Shown in pieces: positions 21,101-25,841 of a DNA stretch of 25,841 nucleotides. Location: contig CAJINV010000005.1 of the NCBI GenBank assembly GCA_905178155.1, positions 9,217,604-9,243,444 of the forward strand, read 5' to 3'. Origin of the DNA: Amoebophrya sp. A120. Lineage: Eukaryota > Protista > Dinoflagellata. Each line of letters begins with the position of its first letter. Positions within the stretch are counted from its first letter, which is position 1. The position numbers and the translations under genes are program-made. The notes under the pieces were generated by a model, which did not search any database, was not told the origin of the DNA, and saw nothing but the letters and a program-made list of their open reading frames with translations.

Positions 21101-22352
21101 AAAGCAGCTTTTTTCCTGGATGCCTCTCGCGTGATGTCCGGCGGCAGTTCCATGCAATCCGGCGGCAGTTTATCCCATGAAGAAGTGTGTCTGTGTGAAC
21201 GGAGTTTATCATGCAATAACATGCAAAAAGGCTGGCAGCGGCAGCGCTGAAATTTGTATTGCGTAGCATGCTTTAGCTTTCACTTTCTAGGGAAAATCTG
21301 GAACAATGCCTGGGTGCAAGCCGTGAAATAAATCGTTTACGCATAAAACATTTTTGTGGTTCTTGATAAACTTCCTTCCCGCCGAGCAGCGCAACTGCTG
21401 CTTCTTCTGCAAGCCGTGCCACCAAGTATCAACTGCAAACATGTCTGGGTCTGGAAGATTGCAAGATTTGTCATGCTAGTCTGGCATGACTCTGCACTCT
21501 GTATTGCGTGGCCATGAACAGCCTCTCGAGCCTGTCATGCAAGAACAACGTAGTTTCTCATGCGGAATGCGCAGCACAGAAGCACGAAAAAAACTTATTA
21601 TGCCTAGCTGCGCGTTACAGTTCCCTTATTGTTATTGTTCACTGACTTGCATCACAAGTTTCCAGACCCGGACATATTTGCATTTGATACCAAGAAGTCC
21701 AACGCAATGACGAAGCCGAAGTCGGTTACTTCCTCCGGAGCGAAGCTATGCATGGCAAGAGTTTGATCGCACTTGTGTGAATTGCATCACAGATTTTTGA
21801 TTTTCCAGAATCAACAAAAAATTGGAGTTTGTGATGCTGCTCTAGAAATAAAATAAAAGATAGATCTGTCATGCGATTTGCCACGCGGGGTTGTGCGATA
21901 CTTTTCCATAGCATAACAATCGGGCTACTCGATGACGTCCTCCAAGTACGAGGAAGACGGCTACGGGGAAGAGGAAGAGGACGACTACGAAGACGAAACT
22001 GCGTATGGGAGTGTCAGGATCGAAATCGTCAAAGGTGAAATTGTTTGCCATGCATAAAATGCAACGCAGAAATTGCCTCTATTGCAGAGGACGCAAGGGA
22101 GGCAGATTGTAGTGCTGGTAGGGGTCGAGAAATGGGCTGCTGATTAGCAACACAGAGGGGAGTCCCTTTGCCCTGAACAGCATGACAAACTGGCTTCCTG
22201 TACGGACAAAATTTGTCATGCACCGACTAGAAGCTGTGGATCCAATTGGTATCGATTTTATGCATTGCAAGTTACTTTAACTCCGTCGATTTCAATCCTG
22301 GTACTCCGATACCGCGTTCCATTCCGGGGGTGGGAAAAAATCTAGAATGTAA
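18185..22352 (+). CDS. Gene 3: ~381-aa predicted type I membrane protein (signal peptide, His/Asp-rich patch, Thr-rich stalk, one TM helix, Ser/Tyr-rich and acidic cytoplasmic tail); 13 exons
   Basis: Span 4168 nt minus 11 introners (+5 nt each) and one 105-nt GT-AG intron (3022 nt in total) = 1146 nt, open to TAA at 22350-22352. N-terminus MLYFRRSGATTIFAALAATSTTLVVQA; TM YGVFAIIGGVILGFGLFVTVFCIYY. Confidence 0.82.
18428..18721. mobile_element. Introner family F (294 bp)
   Basis: DR CGTCT/CGTCT; TIR TAT.CTG.G.AAAAACGTC. Confidence 0.92.
18780..19041. mobile_element. Introner family C (262 bp)
   Basis: DR GAGCT/GAGCT; similar to 3241-3501. Confidence 0.92.
19152..19360. mobile_element. Introner family B (209 bp), inverted relative to 2476-2687
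   Basis: DR CTGGA/CTGGA; near-perfect 29-bp TIR. Confidence 0.93.
19427..19641. mobile_element. Introner with A-like TIR (215 bp)
   Basis: DR AAAAC/AAAAC; TATCCACTGCAAATATGTC / GACATAGTTGCATTTGATA. Confidence 0.9.
19743..19847 (+). other. Canonical GT-AG intron (105 nt) in gene 3
   Basis: CTG|GTAAGA...ATTCAG|GTC; removes an in-frame stop and joins DINNGL to VNPRLREK. Confidence 0.8.
19975..20239. mobile_element. Introner family A1 (265 bp)
   Basis: Perfect 31-bp TIR; DR CTGCA/CTGCA. Confidence 0.94.
20397..20837. mobile_element. Introner (441 bp) containing a minisatellite
   Basis: Perfect 13-bp TIR TATGAGAGTGCAC; DR GGAGC/GGAGC; removal joins TSYGS to SEYYSSSQY. Confidence 0.88.
20550..20764. 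repeat. 11/13-bp minisatellite GCCCAGGGTT(TT)C with a telomere-like AGGGTT core
   Basis: About 19 tandem units directly visible. Confidence 0.95.
20885..21122. mobile_element. Introner with B-like TIR (238 bp) ending in ATG
   Basis: TATGCAAGAAAAAA / TTTTTTCCTGGATG; DR CCTCA/CCTCT. Confidence 0.82.
21171..21368. mobile_element. Degenerate introner (198 bp)
   Basis: TATC...GATA ends with weak TIR; DR CAGTT/AACTT; frame restored (GGS to SFPPSS). Confidence 0.72.
21427..21689. mobile_element. Introner family A2, inverted (263 bp)
   Basis: DR CCAAG/CCAAG; family A TIR. Confidence 0.93.
21747..21915. mobile_element. Introner with E-like TIR (169 bp)
   Basis: TATGCATGGCAAGAGT..ATCGCAC / GTGCGATACTTTTCCATAGCATA; DR lost (GAAGC/ACAAT); frame restored with +5 nt. 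Confidence 0.78.
22004..22311. mobile_element. Introner, singleton family (308 bp)
   Basis: TIR TAT.GGAGT..CAGGAT.GAAATCG; DR CTGCG/CCGCG. Confidence 0.88.
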
Positions 22353-22399
22353 GACTCGTGACGTGGATTCAAATTTGGACGATGTTTCTCGCTAGGGTA

Positions 22400-23600
22400 C
22401 TAAGCAAAGAGTGCTTGAGTTCCTTTGCCGCGATGTATCATCATCCTGTCACTATCTATGAGTGTGAACAATTCGGAACTTCTTCCATAGTTTCAAGAGC
22501 GCGATTGTCAAGTCTACTAGCGTGTTGTTTGACAGTTTCAGAAGTAAAAAAACCCTGTTGACACTATACTGCTGCAAAAATTGATTGTGAAAAAAAATGT
22601 ACCGACCCTTTATCTGAGTTTTAATTGTCTTGACACTTTGACTAAGTACCAGTGCCTCGATTGCAGCTAAGATTTCAGTATCACAACTACGACTACCCAG
22701 TATTGACTCATTATTGTTTACGATCTTTACGACCTCTGCTGGGCCGCCAGATTTTATACCCGAAGAAACGTTAGCTTTCCTGTGCACCTCCACCTTTGAA
22801 ATTGAAACGATAGCAAAAAGCTTGAGAAATTATTGTAAAATTTGAGAACAAAAATGCGAAGATGAATCTTCAAACCTTTGTACAATACTTGAAACACTAC
22901 GAGAAATGAAAAAATACACACCACCAGCAGGAGCGTTGTCGTTCTTGAGACGGCTTCGCAGGAGGGCCACGTCACTGTAAGAGCCAAGAATTACCGGGAG
23001 CAGAAAGAACATGATTGGAAGTACGCAGGCAGTATTAGCTCAACAGATCTGTTTAGTACTTTGTAGCTGCTGGCTGCGAACAGAGACTTCGTAGTTCGTG
23101 GGGTGCGTCGTGGTATCGTGAATGATGAACAGGAACTCGTACATTCGATCCGGTTGCGTCGTGTCGCGAGGGGAGAGAGACCACGAGCAAGAGTAATTTT
23201 TACTAAGCAGACCGCTTTCTCGTCGCTTTCTTTAAGAAACAGAAGTGGTTATCGCATCGACCGTTCTCGTCGTACTGAAGATTCGCTACCCGTTTTCGCC
23301 CTCGTCATGATTGTTCGCATACTTCTTCGTGGAAGCTCTCTGGTGTTGCTTTCGCATTAAGACCGTACTGTCGCACAGAAGTAGTTGCACTGCTAAGTTT
23401 AGATTCACGATCTGAAGGTGCGGATGGACAGCCAAGAAGACGGCTGAACAAAAAAAGTTCCACGAACACTTATTGCAAATCCATACCAAGTGCAAGTAGT
23501 TTCCTAGTAGTTGCGACAGCTTCGAAATTAAGAGGCCTTTCGAAGGTATAAAGAAACGAACGACTGCTCTTCTACAACTGTACGGTATAATACGAAGTAG
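22400..23600 (-). pseudogene. Possible decayed Ty1/copia RT C-terminus and RNase H
   Basis: Broken minus-strand fragments SQLLGNYLHLVW, LGSYSDVALL..GGVYFF and SRSCDTEILAA resemble copia motifs in the right order; recognised by eye only. Confidence 0.4.
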
Positions 23601-23644
23601 CATCACCGCCAGAACTACTAGTACGTCTCTGTGAGGACGAGAAA

Positions 23645-24937
23645 ATGGAGCAACGCGAGCGAATCACCTCGAGCAGCTCTACTTCCCGGCTCTACGCCCG
23701 GAATCATCACAGCGCGAATTCCTACCAGCTGGAGCAGGAGCTGCAGGATGTCAACGAGATGGATTTTTTGCCGTCTGTGAACGCCTCCGACGGGACGACG
23801 AGTCACTTCAACTATCACACATATCCTTTGCAAAGTATGTAAGTTGCAGTTTGTTGCATGACAGATTAATTATCCTATTTCAAACTGCATGACAAACCCC
23901 ACTTTACCTTTTGAAAAAAGTTGTGTTGCAACTCATACTACTGTGATTACGCCTTTGCAATGCATAATCCCGCAACATCCCAGCCGACTCCCTCCACCTC
24001 TTCAACGTCCTCGAAAATAATCGAGAAGATGAACTCGTCAACATCGCCCAGCAGTAGAGCCGCGTCGAAAAAGAACTGCTGCTTCCTTCTCTTCCTCGCA
24101 GCAGCGGTGTTCTCGATTTTTTTCTTCATCCACGAATTGCACCTCCGATTCATCCTATCGCAAGAGAAAACTGTTTCACTGTGCACTTGTGATGCAGAAA
24201 AAGCATCACTGAAGTGTTTGTCTTGCTGCACATGCAAGACAGTGGACTTTTAGCTGTGTTTTCCCTTCAGAATCTCGCATGGCAAATTTTCTTTGTGATG
24301 TGGAACAAACTTGTGATGCAAAACTTGCAAAATCCTTACAGTAAAACACTTTTTTCGTACGATACATCCACAACTGGATCTTGCCGAACCTCCTGCACAA
24401 CAGTAACCTTTCATCTACATCGCACTATGAAACGATTGATGGAGAACAGCATGACAAACTGAGGAAAATCAGCGACGAACTTCTGATGCAGGGCGCGGGG
24501 CAACACTTCAACTTCTCCACCGGAATTATAAACGAGGTTTTTGACGAGGAAAACGCTTTTTCGCTGCTGTCGACGGATACCGTCATGAAAACCGGGTTCA
24601 TGCAGGGTACGCTACACAAATTTCAGGATTGTAGTCAGACCATGAGCGAATGTCGTGGAGGTTTGTCATGCGAAAAGTGCATGAGGTGAAAGATTTGTAA
24701 TGCGAAGAGTGCATCAGCAACACATGTTTGACAGACCGAAATCTGTGTTGCATAAACGTGAATGAAGTAGCGGAGGAGAAGGTGCACGTGCGGAGCGACG
24801 ATGACGAGACCGACGATGCCGACGGTGGAGATGAGGAGCATGACGGTGGTGAAGAAGGAGATGAACATGAAGATGCCGATGCCGATGTAGCCCCACCCGC
24901 ACCTGCTAACGACACGCCGGGAAGCAAACGTAGTTGA
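23645..24937 (+). CDS. Gene 4: predicted type II membrane protein (one N-proximal TM helix, acidic stretch); 3' structure uncertain
   Basis: Exons 23645-23821, 23972-24155 and 24370-24606 join in frame after removing two introners; TM CCFLLFLAAAVFSIFFFI. A probable GT-AG intron from 24607 leads to an Asp/Glu-rich exon. The gene may continue past 24937. Confidence 0.62.
23822..23966. mobile_element. Introner with E-like TIR (145 bp)
   Basis: TATCCTTTGCAAAG / CTTTGCAATGCATA; DR decayed (ACACA/ATCCC); removal of 150 nt is in frame. Confidence 0.8.
24156..24364. mobile_element. Introner family B' (209 bp), inverted relative to 14601-14827
   Basis: DR CATCC/CATCC; reverse complement aligns end to end with 14601-14827. 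Confidence 0.93.
24607..24770 (+). other. Probable GT-AG intron in gene 4 (acceptor at 24770 or 24734)
   Basis: CAGG|GTACGC donor; both AG options are in frame with the downstream acidic exon. Confidence 0.5.
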
Positions 24938-25440
24938 GTTTTTTTTTTTTCCCACGTCTTCTGCATTACATATCCTGACAATGGGAAAATCAAAAACAAA
25001 ATTGAAATTTCAATTTGCAGCCAGTACCTACCATGAGCAGAAGAGAAGTGCTTTATTACGGTAGTATTAATTTAACTGCGTCATCCGATGCAAAAAATCT
25101 ACAACTACAGCCGCCCCAAGCGCAGCAGTGAAACCAGCGGACGATGCGGCGCATACGAAAATGGAGATGATAAATCGATTAACTTTGTGATGCCCCGTAG
25201 TTGCAGCCCGTTTGCTGGGAAGTACGATTGGAAACGCGCTTTTAGAGGGTTGTTTTTCTTGAACTCATGCCTGAAGATGAAGATACAGGGGCAGGAAGTG
25301 CTGGAAAATTGGCTTTGACTAGCTCCAACGACCTCCGTACGGGGGAAGAAAAATTTCGCGTACGGGGTAAGAATGTAGTGCTGTTTCGCTTGCGTACGGG
25401 GGAAGTACGCAGGAGCGTCTTCACGCAAATTTTTTCCCAG

Positions 25441-25841
25441 CCTGTTTGGCTTCTGTCCGGGGGCCAGTTTTGTTTGCTTGCGTTTTTGTCGCGCCACAAT
25501 ACATTTTCATTTGTCATGCGGATTTGCTGGAATCCGCACGAGACTACCTTGCGACGAGACAGAATCTCGGCAGCTTTTTTGCCGAAAACGACCCCCGGAC
25601 AGGGAGACAGACGCCGCTTGTCCGGGGGTGGACTCCCGCCCTGTTTGGCTTCTGTCCGGGGGTTGTCCGGGGGCCAGTTTTGTTTGCTTGCGTTTTTGTC
25701 GTGCGAAAAGACATTTGTCTTGCGGATCAGCTGCAATCCGCACGGGACTGCGTTTCGACAAAACAGAATGTCGGCAGCTTTTTTGCCGAAAACGACCCCC
25801 GGACAGGGAGACGGACGTCGCTTGTCCGGGGGTGGACTCCC
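25441..25841. repeat. ~200-bp tandem repeat, two copies visible, running off the window
   Basis: Units begin CCTGTTTGGCTTCTGTCCGGGGG at 25441 and 25640 and end GGGGGTGGACTCCC. Confidence 0.9.

Noticed and set aside
2746-21689. Recurrent short proteins such as CKNVWVWK, FQTQTFL and MSGSGR as a peptide family
   Set aside because: They are translations of the family A TIR in different frames and strands.
2476-24364. Codon-phase bias of insertions
   Set aside because: Hand count at the TAT boundary gives 12, 14 and 9 for phases 0, 1 and 2; no clear bias.
24426-24754. Additional TAT...ATA introner in gene 4
   Set aside because: No convincing TIR or DR, removal +5 nt breaks the frame, and the 5' part reads as coding.

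Overview
Eukaryotic genomic DNA. Its organisation strongly resembles the parasitic dinoflagellate Amoebophrya (Syndiniales); the taxon is inferred from architecture, not from a search. The window holds four protein-coding genes, all on the + strand, interrupted by 35 complete and 1 truncated MITE-like elements of 145-441 bp. Each complete element begins TAT, ends ATA (ATG in 2), has terminal inverted repeats (TIRs) and sits in a 5-nt direct-repeat (DR) position (22 perfect, 6 with one mismatch, 7 more degenerate). Deleting each element plus 5 nt restores the reading frame in all 35 cases. In gene 2 this rebuilds a complete extended/atypical SDR (NAD-dependent epimerase-like) domain from 20 exons. 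Many junctions cannot form GT/GC-AG ends, and the same families occur in both orientations, so these look like orientation-independent non-canonical introns (introners). Unrelated families share TAT[G/C] termini and an internal TTGT[G/C/A]ATGC motif. Other contents: a 21-bp palindromic satellite, a telomere-like minisatellite inside one introner, a ~200-bp tandem repeat at the right end, one clear and one probable GT-AG intron, and possible decayed Ty1/copia fragments between genes. All gene models were built by hand and need RNA confirmation.
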